Part shown: one piece after another, positions 1-14,785 of the stretch
How positions within the stretch are numbered: position 1 is the stretch's first letter
Layout: each line of letters begins with the position of its first letter
Origin: Auanema rhodensis
Taxonomy: Eukaryota > Animalia > Nematoda
Direction of reading: 5' to 3'
Length of the DNA: 64,000 bases
NCBI GenBank assembly: GCA_964057225.1
Contig: OZ059895.1
Span: 9,114,001 to 9,178,000 of the forward strand
The notes under the pieces: model-generated
What the model was told of the DNA's origin: nothing
Databases searched by the model: none
What the model saw: only the letters and a program-made list of their open reading frames with translations
Program-made: the position numbers and the translations under genes

Positions 1-3000
1 TAATATACTTACATACAACACATTTACCATTAGAACATAATGAATTTTTTGAATATGAACTTGATAAACATGCAGTTGAAACACTACATGTTTGCCCAAT
101 AAAACCTTCAAGAAACTTAACAACTTAAAAGCAAAATGTTTAGAAACTTACCTAAATCGCAATCACATTGTGGATCATTGCTAAAGTCTTGTGAACAAAC
201 ACCTAAGTTACTACAAGGACAAGGTGTTGGAGTTTCACTACTTTCTGAACAAAGGCGTAGCACATTTCCATCTTCTACTACACATGTTGATATAACAGTA
301 TCTATAATTATATAAATAATATTATATAGTTTAAATATATAAATATAATTATATAATTAAGATATATAGGTATATTACCAGTATGATGTCTTATCATATA
401 AACACATATCTGGTTAAGTTCGGATTTAGCATTACATTCTTGATCAATATTCATAAAAGAACATGTACTTCCTTCAAATCCTAAAAATAAATAGAAGTTA
501 TATGAAATTATTTGAAATTATACCATTTGAACATTCACATGTTCCATTTAATGTTTTAGTTTTTGTTCCAATTGATGAACAATATGAATATTGTTTATCA
601 TTTGAAACACATTCACCATGTCTTGAATCAAATACAAATCCTTTGAAATATTTTTTTATTTTTTTGTTTGGAAATTTGAAATTACCTTCATAACAATCAC
701 ATTCGTAATTATTCTCATCAATTGGTATACAACTTCCCCATGGACAACGATTTATATTACAAACATTCGTTGGAGTTACTACTGTTGAACCAATCAACGG
801 AGTTTGAGATGAGGAGAAACCTCCAAATGACGGAGTTTGAGATGAAATTTGTGATAATGTTGTTGTTTCAAAATTTGAATTCATTGGACCTAAAAAATAA
901 AAAAAATTAAAATATAAAAATTAAAAAAATACATGTATTTGATATATTCCATCCATTAATATCACATATAGCTGTTATATTATATTGATCAATATTGAAT
1001 AAATTTGGACATTTTATAACTTTTGATTGTTTCCTTGATGTAACATATGTTTTTTCTATAACTATGTTACCATAACGAATCTAAAATATATTTTAATTTA
1101 TAAAAAAAAATAATTTTATAAATTACTTGTGGACATATATTATAAATTATATCAAATGATCTTATTTGAGCTGTATCAGATGAATATATTTTAATTGAAA
1201 TATATCGATATTCAATATCTGTTATATTTATAAATAATAATCCAGCATGAGTTGTTGTTGCTATTAAATCTTTATCACCAAATATAGGATTACCAATATT
1301 ATCTATATTTGCATGCATATCTAAATTAAAAATATATAGTATATATAGTATATATAATACTTACAAATATTGAGACTTCCAACAATAACTGAAACATCTA
1401 ATACTAATTGTATTGTATCACTGTATAATTCTACTAACATTGCAGTTAAATAACTAAAAATATATTATTATTATTATTATTTAATTAATTATTATATATG
1501 TTTACTATATATTATATAATTTAGATATATTAAAGTTTTTAAAGTTTAAAAATAGCAAACAGGAAAGGAAAGTTTATAAATTCAGGTATAACCCTTAAAA
1601 GATGTTTTATAAAGCTTAGAATTTCAAATTTAACAGACATATAATTTATATTTAATTATATAATTATATAAATTTATATTACTTACTTGTCTGGTGCTGC
1701 TTTAGATATTGAATATATTTTATTTTTAGAATTATATGACCACTAGAACAGAAGAAGAATTAGTACAAAATACAATTAAAAAGAAAAAAAAACAACATAC
1801 ATCTATTGACATTGTCCAAATATATGTTAAAAATAAATTTAAATCTAAAAATTATATTTAAATTAATTATATTAATTATAATAAATAAATATTTTACCTT
1901 CATGCATCAATGATTTACTATTACAATCAGTACTACCATACCAACTAGCATAATCTCCACCTGAATTATAATTTATTTAAAAAATAAAATATAATTAAAG
2001 TTAGAAAATAGTTAATTTCTAAGTTTACAACTTAGATTATACGAATAAGTTGCATTTCTGATATATGCCATGTACATATAGATATATATTAGATGGTACA
2101 AATGAAATGTAGCCAGCTAAAACTTAAAAAAAAAATAAAAATAGAAAAAAATGTATTTTTTAAAGTTTTCGCCCTCGTTCTTTATCACTCTCTGCTACCT
2201 TTCTTTCAAAATTCCGACAGCTCTTCCGCAGAGAATCTTAGCCTTCGGCTATATTTCATAAGTACCATCTAACACATAGATACTATATGTATTATATTTT
2301 GAATAAAAAATTTATAATTAAACATATATTTACCCAATTCACATATAATCACAGCTGGAGCACAAAGACAATTCTCAAATTGAATAGTAATTTGAGAATT
2401 AAGTGAAAAAGGATCATTTTCATTACTAAAAGTCATTTTCCAATTATTAGTAATAGCTAATCTTGTAATATTTGGACAACGATAATCTAAAATAATAAAA
2501 TATTATATATAGTATATAGTATATATAACTAACCAACACATAATGGTGTTTCATTCATTATATTATCATAACCACATATAACATTACCAGATCCAATTTG
2601 TTTTTTAGATGAAATACATTGTACTACTTCAGTTTGTAAAAATGGAAGATAAACATTAGAAAATGGAATCTCATAATTGTTGTTATCTATCTTACATGTT
2701 TCTATAATTTATATATTATATATTAATTTATATAATTATAAAAACTAGAACTTACTATTACATGGAAAAGCTGAATAATCCCATATTCCTGATGTACATG
2801 TAACTACTGCTTGAGCAAATACAGGTGGATAGTTTTTTTCATTTGTAATAGTTTGACAATAAGCCATAGTACTTTCTCTATCTCTATAATATAATTAGTT
2901 AGATATATGCATATAGTTAATAAGATAGTTAATAACCTAAAATATTTTTTATGATGTCCAATAAAATCAAATCCGGAATATAATATATCAGATGAATCAC

Positions 3001-6000
3001 ATAATTCATCTAAAAAATATAAATTATAATAATTATAATTATATATCTTACATATACAACTATATCCTGCAATTCCACGAAGTGTATATGGTAAAAATTC
3101 ACCCATCCATAGCCTTTTACCCTGAGGGCATATACACTTATAACTTCCAATTAAGTTCACACATAAAGCATCATCATCACAAACATTCAAAAATGAAGAT
3201 TCACATTCATCAATATCTATATTGAATATAAAGTTTTAAAGTTTTAAGATAAAAACCTTCACAAATTTGAGTTGTGCCATTATCTTTCAATTCAAAACCA
3301 TCATTGCATTTACATGTATATCCACCTTCTAAGTCAATAAGTGAACCATTAACACATAGATCTTGTGAAAATATAATAGCTATAATTATAAATATTATAG
3401 TTAATATAGTTAAAAAAATAATTTACTTGAACATTCAGCATCTAATGAATCTAAAGTCCCATTATAACATCTTATTTCATCAGAACTTTCAAAACCTTCT
3501 AAACATTTTGGTTTTGTTAATTCACCAGAACGTAACAAAGTTTTTGAAAAGTATCCATAGTCAAAAGAATAAATTTGACAAACATTTTCTTAAAATCAAA
3601 AATTAAAATTTTCTTTTTAAATATAAAAACCTTTAAAGTTAAATCCTATATCTTTCCAATCATATTTACCATTTGATGATTCTAAACAATATCTAAAATA
3701 TAATTAAAATTTTAAAAAAATATATATTATATGTTAAACCTTTGAGCTAATGTTGGAAAATATGTTAAATCTGTTTTATAATATGCTATACTTCCATAAT
3801 TTGTTCCCATAGTAGTATTTAATAAGAAAGAATTCTTATAATCATTTGGTAAATCAGAACATTTTGATACTGTAATATAGATTATATAGATTATATAGAT
3901 TATATAGATTATATATAACTCACTTCTACACTCAGGTAATGGATCAAATACACCTTTATCAGTACAATTAATTAAATTATCACTAATTAGTTTATGATAT
4001 CCACTTATACATCCATATTCCAAACTATGTTCAGAGACAGATATCAAATAACCATTTTCAATAATTGGAATTAAACATTTCAATTTATTTTCTAAAAATA
4101 AAATAATCTTATAACGAAATTAAGAATAAGATGAAATACCTTCACAAGTAGCTAAGCCATGTGACCAATGTCCAGCCATTAGACAATATGTTTCTGATGG
4201 TCCATTAATGCTTAGATGATTTGGACAAGAAAATTGAATACAAGATCCAAAAGATGTTGATTGTTTGGAAACAAGAGCATTTGATTTGATTTCAGGACAA
4301 TCTTTAAGATAATTATAATAATTTTTAATTAATATATGTATATAGATACCTATAGAATATTTAATACTTAAAGAAAACATTGAAGATGATTGATTAATTT
4401 GAAGATTTGTATGACCCGAACCATAATATTTAGAATTTGTTGAAGAAGATACTAATTCATATGATTTTGTATTAATAGTTAACTATAAATTAAATAATTA
4501 AAAAATTAAAATTAAAATTATAATAAACCTTAACACTATCAGTAGGATGAGCTTGAATTCTATCTATAATCCATGTATAGTTATTAGTTGTATTCATAAT
4601 CAAATATAATGAATGATTTTCAATATTTGATTCATCGGATGAAGGCCAATGTAATGTTAAACCATTTCCAGAAATATATATTGGATTATAATCTTAAATA
4701 TAATAAAAATATAAATAATTAATTCATATAAATAACCTTTTTTTATAAAAAAATAATTAAGATTAAATACTGTGTTGATTAATTGTCCTGATTTCCATGA
4801 ATCTCGAATAGAAATTGTTGCTTGAGATGAAGGTAATATAACAGATTGTGAATGATTTGAAGAAGAAAATAGAAAAGTATCTTTTGTTGATGATGAAACA
4901 GAAATTATAGTTTTTTCTCCAATTATTATCATATCAGCCTATATATATAAATAATATAATTAATATATAAATTATAAATAAAACCATAAGATAAATGAAA
5001 TCATAATCCATAGGTGATTGAATTCTATATTCACAATCATATGGCATTATTTGAGAATCATAATTTATTATATTATTTGATATAGAACATGGAATTTGTT
5101 CTAAAAAAATAAAATATATAATATATAATTAATATATTTAACTAACCTTTAGCATTATATCGTAATATAAATGATTTCAATAATAGTTTTTTTGAAATTA
5201 TTTGAATAAATAAAGATTTACTATGTGTTCGAAATGAAAATGATTCTCTTTCTTCTATTATATCAAATAATATTTCCTTTGTATCATCATCTTGTATTAT
5301 GATATGATCTCCTGGATTTAATACAATATTTTCTGTCTAAATAACTTTTTTTTTAATATAAGGAATAATTCTAATGATTTCTTACTATTATAACTATATT
5401 GTTACCAGATTTTGGTTGAATTTGCCAAGTACAATTCACATTAGATGAATATACTATTTCACCAATATTAGAAGTAAATATAGATTGACCACATTCTTTT
5501 ATTTCATGATAAATCTATAAAATAAAATTATTTTTTAGATTATTCTTAAAAACTATTCATACCTCATTAGCTCTTGGAGATAATGGAGTTTCATCTGAGT
5601 TATCAACACAATCAGAAACTCCATCAAATAAGGCATTTCTTGGAATACAACGTGAATTATCAAGACATCGAAATTCATCTAATAAATATTAATTAATTAT
5701 AATATTAATTATATTAACTATATACCATTTCTACAAGCAAATGTTTGACATATTACAGATAGTTGTTCAGTACAATTAACTAAATTCCATCCAAATGTAT
5801 CATGATTTCCAACATTCATTGAAACGCATAGTGAACGATAACTATATTATTATATATTATTATCTATATTAATATAAAATATTATACATTAACGATGGTT
5901 GTCCTGTTGCCCATAATGGATTAAATATAGTTTTATTTTCATATGAAGAACGAACAGATAATGTATTATCATCAATAACAATAAAACCTAAATATATTTT

Positions 6001-6700
6001 TAAATTAATTAACTATATATATATATATATATGAAAAACCTGTCCAATAAGAAGTTGCTTTAACTATATTACGCAATTTTCGAGCTAATAACCAATTATC
6101 TATTGTTAATGCATCTGAATAATGTCTTCTAAAATAAAATAAAATTTATAAATTATTTGAATTTTTTATTAAATAAACCCGGAATCTAAACAATATGTTT
6201 GTGATGAATTCCATGATGATTTGAAATTATAATTAGCATAAATACAATAAGAACCAATAACATGCCAGCCTGGAAAAAAAAATATTTGTTTTAAAGTTTT
6301 TTTTCATTTAAACTTCACATATGTCTATTATAATGAATTCGCTTATGTAAGAGGAAAAGCAAACAATTTCAAAACAGCCGAAAGCTACATTGAATGAACA
6401 TATACATATACGAATTATTCAAAAAAACTTTTAAATTTGAAAAGATTATTTTGAGAAATACTGTATTCTATTTTACAACATTGTTATAAATGATAATCAT
6501 ATATGTAGTTTTATATTTATTTAGTTTTAAAACATCACACACACATATAAATTTTTAAAAGAAATTCATTGATTCTTACCTGAACCTAAATTTTCACAAT
6601 TATATTTAATAGTATTTCCAATAGACCATGGGAATGAATATGTAGGATTAGCTATTATAACGCGGAAGAGAAAACATATAAGAAGGAAATCCACCTTCAT
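1..6700 (-). CDS. Large secreted or cell-surface mosaic protein (C-type lectin, LDLa, CUB, CCP/Sushi, EGF/cbEGF); uninflatable/clec-78-like architecture; 3' end lies outside the window
   Basis: ATG at 6700 gives signal-like MKVDFLLICFLFRVIIA. Later exons: GWHVIGSYCIY...WNSSQTYC (CTL, ~6180-6210), DEFRCLDNSRCIPRNALFDGVSDCVDNSDE (LDLa, ~5590-5680), CUB-like NCTWQI (~5420), CCP (CIQFSCPNHLSINGPSETYCLMAGHW, 4140-4300) and EGF (VCDDDALCVNLIGSYKCICPQG, 3110-3190; CNINRCPWGSCIPIDENNYECDC, 690-765). Many GT-AG introns. Confidence 0.8.
797..845 (+). repeat. 16-bp direct repeat inside a coding exon (SSQTP twice)
   Basis: acggagtttgagatga at 797-812 and 830-845, in a Ser/Thr-rich linker. Confidence 0.7.
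2089..2272. mobile_element. Putative MITE or non-autonomous DNA transposon in an intron
   Basis: Left end ttagatggtacaaatgaaatgtagcc; right end ggctatatttcataagtaccatctaa. These are reverse complements over 26 bp with 3 mismatches. The interior is GC-richer than the host intron and has no ORF. Confidence 0.6.
3875..3917. repeat. 9-bp tandem repeat (ATTATATAG) x~4, intronic
   Basis: atatagattatatagattatatagattatatagattatatata read directly. Confidence 0.8.
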
Positions 6701-7279
6701 AGGTGGCAATAACTAAAGCCCAAGGCGCCTTAATCTTTCTTCTAAAACTAGTATACAAATCAATTAAAACAAGTATTATTATATAAAATAATATTAAAGA
6801 ATACGAATAGAAATATACCTATATTAACCTATAGATACAAGTTATATGTTTGTTGAAACAAGCAAATGATAATTTCTTATCTCCGGAATCTAATCAATAA
6901 AAGCACATTGCTACATATGTATGTTCAAAATTGAAATAGTTTTAATACGAGAATAATGATGTATCTTAATTTTAAATATATATATTGCTTGTTAGGAGTA
7001 TATGTTAAACTGTGGATACGAAAAATAAAATATGAATGTTTGTAAGAGCCACCTATCTTACAAGAGCTACACAAACAATGTATTGACCATCGTCATTCAA
7101 CTCTATCCTCACTCATTTCTCCTTTTGCTCTTTTATCAATTAAGTATATATTCATTAAGTTTCATAAAATTTATTAGATATGAAGCGATAGCCAAAAACA
7201 GGGAATCATAAAAAGAAACAATGAAAATTAGAAACCCCAAGTATTAAACGTGCTGTAACAATATATTAAATCAACAAGT

Positions 7280-9464
7280 TTAAGGTGCACATCTTCCAAT
7301 AAATCTTGGGTACAGACAGACATCTCTGATATGGGAGGTGTCAGTAAGCCAGCAGATGAATCGCTCAAGACCTAATCCATAACCACCGTGTGGAACGGAG
7401 CCATATTTACGTTGATCCATGTACCTAAATATGGATATATAGTATTTGAAAAATATTTGAAACAACGTACCAATAATAGTTCTTAGAATCGATACCAGCC
7501 TTTGTGAAAGCTGCTTCTAATTCATCCAGCTTCCAAATACGCATGGAACCACCAACAATTTCTCCAACACCTAAATAAACGGTTAAATATATTATTACGC
7601 TAGAACACTAAAACCTGGCATCAACAGATCAACAGATTCTGTTAAATCCCCTGGTTCACCAGTTCTAGACATGTAGAAAGCCTTAATACCACCTGGGAAT
7701 TTGTTCAGAAGAATTGGCTATAACCACTCTTGTTTTGAATAAATTTAATAACTTTGAATTTACCACTCCAATAGTATCCGTCATTTTACGTTCAGCAGCC
7801 TCAGCAATATCTTCTCCAAATACAAACTTTTCTCCATGTTCGTTTCTAATATCGTTAGCTTGAAGCCATTCAATAGCTTCCTTGTACTCCATGCGACGGA
7901 ATGGTCGTTGAGGTGGAACAAAGTTCTATTATCAAATTTAATGAATTATATGAATAGAGCAAAACTTACGGGGTTAACAGCATATAAAAGTTCCTTACTA
8001 ACTGGATCAGCAAGCAGGCGATCTACAGTACCACAGACCAAATCCTCAATTCTGTCTAACAAATCAGAAAATGAGATGAATGGGCATTCTGCTTCAACAT
8101 GAGCATATTCAGATAAGTGACGACGAGTGCGAGATTTCTCGGCTCTAAACATATGCATGTTGAAAACTTTACTATGAGCTATATGAGGCACCTGTACGAT
8201 TGAGCTACGCAGTACACATCACCTAAAGCAGCGGTACATGTCTCCAAGTAAAGCTGAGAAGATTGAGTCAAATAAGATGGCTCTCCGAAATAATCTAAAC
8301 CGAAAAGAGTAGATCCTCCTTCGACCTAAAACATGATGGTATTGAAGAATTTGATTGAAATAAACCTGAGTTTGCACCAAAGTTGGAGGACAAACTTCAG
8401 TATATCCAGCATAATAAAAGTGATCACGCATAGCACGAGTAACAGCAGCTCGAATACGGAGAGTACGAGAAGCATTTTCTCCACGAATAACCAAGTGTCT
8501 TCAATTTCATTTATTAAAAATTATTTAAACTAATTTAAAAATTATCACCTGTTATCAAGCTTGATATCAACACCTGCATCCTCGTTCAAAACATTGTCGA
8601 TTCCACCGGGTGGAGCTCCACCGATAAGCTAATAATAAACCTTGTTGCAATATACAAATAATCATCACACCTCCCAATAATCAACAATGAGTTCATGTCC
8701 TCCAGGTGCTTGCTTTCCCTCGGGAACAGCCTTCAAAGTACCGTATACTGTCACGGAACTCTCAGTGTTGATAGTAACAGCATCGTAAGTCATACACTAA
8801 ACGTAAAAATATGAGATAATAGCGTAAAAAACTGTTACGCAACCAAGTTATCGTTCAAGACGCATTGCAAGAAACCAGTTCCATCTCGCAAAACCCAGAA
8901 CATAAGTGACTTTCCTATAACATCTCTGGTGAAATTTTTGGCTTGATATTACTGATCACCTTGTCTTCTCAAACGATGGATCCAAGCTTTTACTTCAACT
9001 CTTTGATCTCTATATTGGCTAGCATTGCCAATTGTTGTGCGAGCAGCCTTTGGCAGAGAAGCATCCATGGAGATATGAATCTAAATTTGAAAGTTTAACG
9101 AAAATAGAACTAAAGAGTTATTACCTTCTTAGCCTGTTCTAGGACAGCGCTGAGAGCATTGGCTTGTTCAATTTCACGAGAAGCAGCTTTCTCGGCTTTC
9201 TTGGCTTCAGCCTCGTACCTGGAATGAGCAACATCACAGAATTTCTTGAGAAAAGGTGCAATACTTCTTTAAATTCTTCTTAATTGCTGCTTTCGAGGCA
9301 ACTTCCCAATCCACGGTGCCATCTTCTTTCTTAGTTTTGATTAAATACTCTCCCTTGTTACCACAGATCAGCATAGCTTTAAAAAGTGAAGCCAATGGCT
9401 TTTCCATAGTTCCATCGTTATCATCAGAGCCACTTTCTGTACACACGTAGTACTTAGTAGCCAT
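7280..9464 (-). CDS. nars-1: Cytoplasmic asparaginyl-tRNA synthetase
   Basis: Starts [15 protein letters not shown]. Contains [20 protein letters not shown] (motif 2), [16 protein letters not shown] and C-terminal [21 protein letters not shown]...[15 protein letters not shown]. Multi-exon. Confidence 0.97.
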
Positions 9465-10038
9465 CTTGGCCGAAAGTAACTGTAGATATAAATATAAAAA
9501 ACTATACATGTATGTACAAAAGCAAAGTGAAAGTAAAATGAAAAAATACAATAAGTAGAAATGAGATACTCTCTTTGGAAGAGGCATCTATATATAGGAA
9601 CTTCTTACATAATTCCCATCATAGTATAGGCCCACAGCCATCAGATTGTGCAATTGGAAGAAGTACGCAATTTCGCACGCGAAAATGCACACAAAACACT
9701 TTAAATTTAATATTTTAACTTTATTTTACCGTGTTTTTCACATCAATGACTGAGAAAACTTCATATTTCGATCCAAGGTTAAACCTTTATCGGTACACCA
9801 TTCTATAAACTATATTATCGGTATATTTTATAACATGTACCACATATTATGTTTAATAAAAGAGACGAGTACCACGTAAAATATTCATTAAAATTCATTC
9901 TTTTATGTATACATCGCTGAGAAAAATAAAACCTGACAAACAAGAAAGTTAATATTCATGCATTCACGCATGTCAGGATAAAATATTTGAGTCATTATGG
10001 ATAAGTAAAACGGTTAATAAAATACATTAAACATTTAC

Positions 10039-13000
10039 TCATAGACATGCAACCATGCGTTCTAATTCTTCAATACTTGTATTTGCAGCTTGGGCTAATT
10101 TTTCCTTCATAGCAGAATTGATAGATTGATTGATCATCATACGATTACTAGCCTCAAAAGCATCACGCACAACCTAAAATAAAAATGTGAGTTAGATATG
10201 CAAAATGCAACCGAGCCTGATCAGAAACGCCAGCCAGCTTCGCAGCATAGAATCCATAAGATTTTGGACAAACTCCAGTAGTTAATTGATATAAGAAGGT
10301 AACACATTCCTCAGTAGGGTCAGTCTCGTTCTCGTTTTCTACCATGCACGCCTTCAATTCAATATCTCACATACAACAAATGTAATTAGAACTGCTTACC
10401 ATGTGAGCCAACAGAACTGATTTATCGGTGGCAAATGTACGACAAATAGAGTGATAATGAGTTGAGAAAAAGGTTCTGCATTTGATTCTCTCGGTAATAT
10501 CGCTCAAAACTGCAGAAGCAATTGCAGTTCCATCGTAAGTGCTGAAAATACCAATTTAAATCATTTTATACTTAAAATTAACAACCTAGTGCCTCGACCT
10601 AATTCATCCATAAGCACCAGTGAATACTTAGAAGCATCTCTCAAAATAATTTGAGTCTCATTCAATTCAACAAAGAACGTGGATTGTCCTATAATTATAC
10701 TGTACTTTTTGAAACAATTAGCATGACTGACCACAAACAGTTCTATCGTTTGCTCCGATACGAGTGAAAATGCGATCTACAGGACTTAGACGCATAGATT
10801 TAGCAGGAACCATGGATCCCTAGACAACACTAGTAAAGATTTTAACAAAAAAAACAAACGATATGAGCCATAACGGACAGAACTGCAACTTGACGCATCA
10901 AAGTAGATTTACCACCCATATTTGGACCTGTCAGTAGAAGAGCAGGAGGATGTTCCCCTCCCATAAAAGTATCATTAGCTAAAAATATAATAATGCTTAC
11001 TACTAATCAACTAAAAAAATACCAATGAATGATGAAGCAGTAGTCGCATCGTTTTTGACAAGAGAAGTCGCTAAACAAGGATGACTACCAGAAACAATGG
11101 ACAACAAAGGCTATAATTAAGGCCCTATGTAATATATAATGATCTTCATATACCTCAGAAGCTTCGAAGTCAAATTCGGGCATACACATCTCCATTCCAC
11201 TGTTTTGAGAATAACGTGCAAGGCAGAATAAAACATCAAAAACAGCTACTCCTTGAATAATCCATAACCAAATCTCAGATCTATTAATTTCCATATTTTA
11301 AAATATGCTAACAATTTCAAACCGGCTGTCAAATTCAGCGAAAACCTTTCGAGTAGCATCAGCAGCTTGTCTATCCTGTTCTGACTCTGCTTCGGCAAGA
11401 GCTTCAATCAGATCAGTGAGCTGAGGAGTATGATATCTTCCAACACCCTAAGAAAATACTATAGATAAGAAAAAAAACAAAAAAAACCTTCTTCTTGGAT
11501 TTCATTTCATATTTTTGAGACAAACGAATACTATCTGGAATTTCCATTTGATATCTATTCTTTCCAGTACCATAATAAGTAATCTGAAAAAAAGCACTAA
11601 ACTATTTTATAATATATATATATCACATACCTTGCACTTTAAAGAACGTTCTTCTTCTTTACGATACCGTTCTAACTCTTTCTTAGCTTCTTCTACACAA
11701 GCAACAGATTTATCAAAATCAGCATCACGACCAGGTTGTGGTTCAATTGAACCACATTCTTGAGCAATTTTATGATTAAAAAGAGTCTGTAATATACAAT
11801 TTAAATGAGATGAAAAAAATGTTAGACTTACATCGAAATACTCCAGATTTTCGCGTAAGCGACAATTTTTTTCCTCATCTCCAAAAATATTAGCAAGAAT
11901 GGTTTCACTTCAAAATAGATATGCAATTCAAACATCATATTGCTGATAAACTAACGTGTTAGCGTCAGCAGCCTTAAACATATTCAAAATTTTACTACAA
12001 GATTTGAATCCCTCCAAGGTAGCAAGAAGATCTCTAATTTTTCTTTTATTGTACCGATGAAGATCAAACATAACTGCGCGACTGTCAGGGTGTTCCTGAG
12101 CGCGATATTTCAATCCAAGAGTATGAATCCTAAATTAAAATACCGTCCTATCAATCAAATTAATTATTCAAACTTTTGAGCCAAACGCTCTAAATCGGGC
12201 ATTCCTTTAAGTGTTTCCATCGCTGAACGACAGAAGTGCTGAGCATCATTTGAGCTAAGCCAAGAGATAGTGTTCTGTCTCATCTTTAAAATTTCAGGAT
12301 CACAAGAGGGAGAACAAATCCATTGTCGCAATAATCGTTTACCTAAATTATGATGAAAAATCCAAATTTTTAACATTTTACAAACCGAATGGTGTGCAAC
12401 ATTTGTTCAAAACTGTATACAAGGACATGCTATCAGCCTGTGTATCACCGCAGGGAATTAGATTCAAATTTTCCAAAGTGATTCCATCCAAAACCATGAC
12501 TTTTCCTTTCCAGTTTGTTTCTTTTTCAACTACCTTGAATTTCATAGTTTAAAAATTGAATAACTTTCGAAATGAAAACCTTTTTAATATTGGGATGATA
12601 AAAATGGAATTGTCTCATTGTAACCACATCTACATCAATTAGACACCGTTTCAAATACCTAAATTATTATAGCTAATAGGTTATGGGGAAATATTAAAGA
12701 ATACCCTAAAACGGCTCCCAGAGATGATAAAGCCAAAGAAAAATCACAATGCGGCTTAGGGAAAGCAGACTCCTGGTCAAGCATGTGCCTGAGAGCCTCA
12801 GGCCAATCAGTGGAGGAAGGTCCAAGATAAATATCATTACAAAGCTGCAACAAAGCTGCCGTCATAATTAATAACATGCTAAACTAACCATTTTGATAGT
12901 TTCCTCTGCAGTATAAAATTGCTTCTTGGCATTTAGTGTCTCTTTGGGTACGGAAGAAAGCATGTTATTCAAAATGGCATTAGTCTGACTGGAAGGATTG

Positions 13001-14613
13001 CCACGTTCAAGGAGAATCTGAAAGAAGACTAATACCTAGCATTTGTGCACAAAAACAAACTTGCACGGGAACATAGTTGGCAAGCATTGTTCTCAATTGT
13101 GATCTGAAATCGTCATCAGAAAACTGCCCGACCCAAAAATTTCCAATTGATGTGTCAATGAAGCAAACACCATAAGTAGAAGATGTTCCATTCGTCTGTT
13201 ATACTGTTTAATATACGGCGATGTAGTTCTGATACCTGTTCTTTAATTGCGACTAAATATTTAGCCCCACTTTCGAATTGTTCAACTCCACCGTCGCTGC
13301 CATCAAGAACACCGTAAGTGCGTGTACCCATTGTAGTTAGACGGCATAACTCTCTATATTACATTACAATATACAATATATTAAATGAGTTATCCCACCT
13401 GCGAACAACTTTATCTTTGGCACCAACTTTTTTGGAATTGCGTTCCTCCAGTTGTTGTGGAGTCTCAGTTTGTTCAACACGTGCAACCTTATATCCACGG
13501 GATACAAGTTGATCCGCGAATTTTCCATATGCCATTTCAGGAAAACCGCAATGTGCATAGCCTCCCTAATTGAATGAAGAAATATATCAGCTTATCTACA
13601 ATAACGAACTCTCATGTAAGAAAGCCCGAGGCAATTGACACCAATTACAGCATCCATGTGATAAAGCTCATAAAACTTTCCTACTTTGAAAAACAAAATA
13701 GTATCATAATAATTTGCTTTAAGTGACCACCATTGCTTATGACCTAAAATATAATTCTCATTTTTTAATAACACATTTGTTTTGGTAAAAAAAACGTACC
13801 TGGGGTTTGTTGTTTTAAAAATTCTGGAGGAACATACAAAGTTGTAGGATCATACTCTGGATCAGTTTGAACACGCCCACTGGCATCTTTCACTTTCTCG
13901 GGCTAAATAAGCAACCAAATTAAATAAAGCTCAAACAGCAGTACTTTCAGCCAAGTAAAATTTTCATGCTCATATTTGTCCTCAATAAAATTAACATCAG
14001 CTGATTTACTAGAATCCTTGATAGGATCTATTTTATAAATTGTCTTATCCAAAGTTGCAGTTGTGTCATCCTAGAAATTCGTTCTTTTTTATAAGTTTCA
14101 AAAGATATAGCTTACTAAATTTTCATCATGCGCTCTAAAAGAATGAATAAAAGATTGTGCCATTTGAATAGACAATGGAGTCTTAGGTACCATTTGTTTT
14201 CTATAAACAGTTGAAGGAGTTGACGGTGGACAACTCATTTCCGGCGATTCTTCTCTGCTAGCCTTAAGAAATGAAACTAAGGATTCAAATCAATGAAATA
14301 AGCTTACTCCCAATTTAGGAGTTTTAGGAGCATCATCTTCTCCAACATCCTCTTCATCTGACGATATAATAACTTTTCTTCTTTTTGCCTTGGATTTGAT
14401 TGGAGATTCCAAGCTATCATTAAAGCTGCCCCTCTTCAGCGTTTTTTCTACATCTGAACATGATTCCTTCAAGAGATATTCACTTCGACTACCTTTATCT
14501 TCCTGTTCAATTTCAATTTGTTTATTTCGCAATGGCTCTCGCTTAGGTGTGTTAGGAGTTTTTGGTGTAGAAGACCCTTTAAAGAAACTCAGCAAATTGC
14601 TTTGCTTCGACAT
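10039..14613 (-). CDS. msh-6: DNA mismatch repair protein MSH6
   Basis: N-terminal PIP box [39 protein letters not shown] (Walker A), [10 protein letters not shown] and [23 protein letters not shown]. Stop TGA at 10039-10041. Confidence 0.97.
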
Positions 14614-14764
14614 TCTTGAGTTCCTATAACTCCAAAATTTTAAATATATTCAACTGTATCTAACATTAGTAAATACAATAAACAAAATCACATAAGAAGA
14701 TCAATATGACCCCCACCACCCAATCGAGAAAAATTACTATCGTTTTGACGGGTTTAAACATAGT

Positions 14765-14785
14765 TTTCCCGCAAAAGATTTCAAA
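14765..14785. promoter_or_regulatory. E2F-like site (TTTCCCGC) followed by a CHR-like TTCAAA, upstream of msh-6
   Basis: ttttcccgcaaaagatttcaaa, ~150 bp 5' of the ATG. A similar arrangement sits upstream of ima-2. Confidence 0.4.

Noticed and set aside
6715-6735. Palindrome AAGGCGCCTT as a programmed DNA elimination or telomere-addition motif
   Set aside because: It is only 10 bp, I saw no TTAGGC array in the window, and I cannot match it to a published consensus. It sits right at a gene start.
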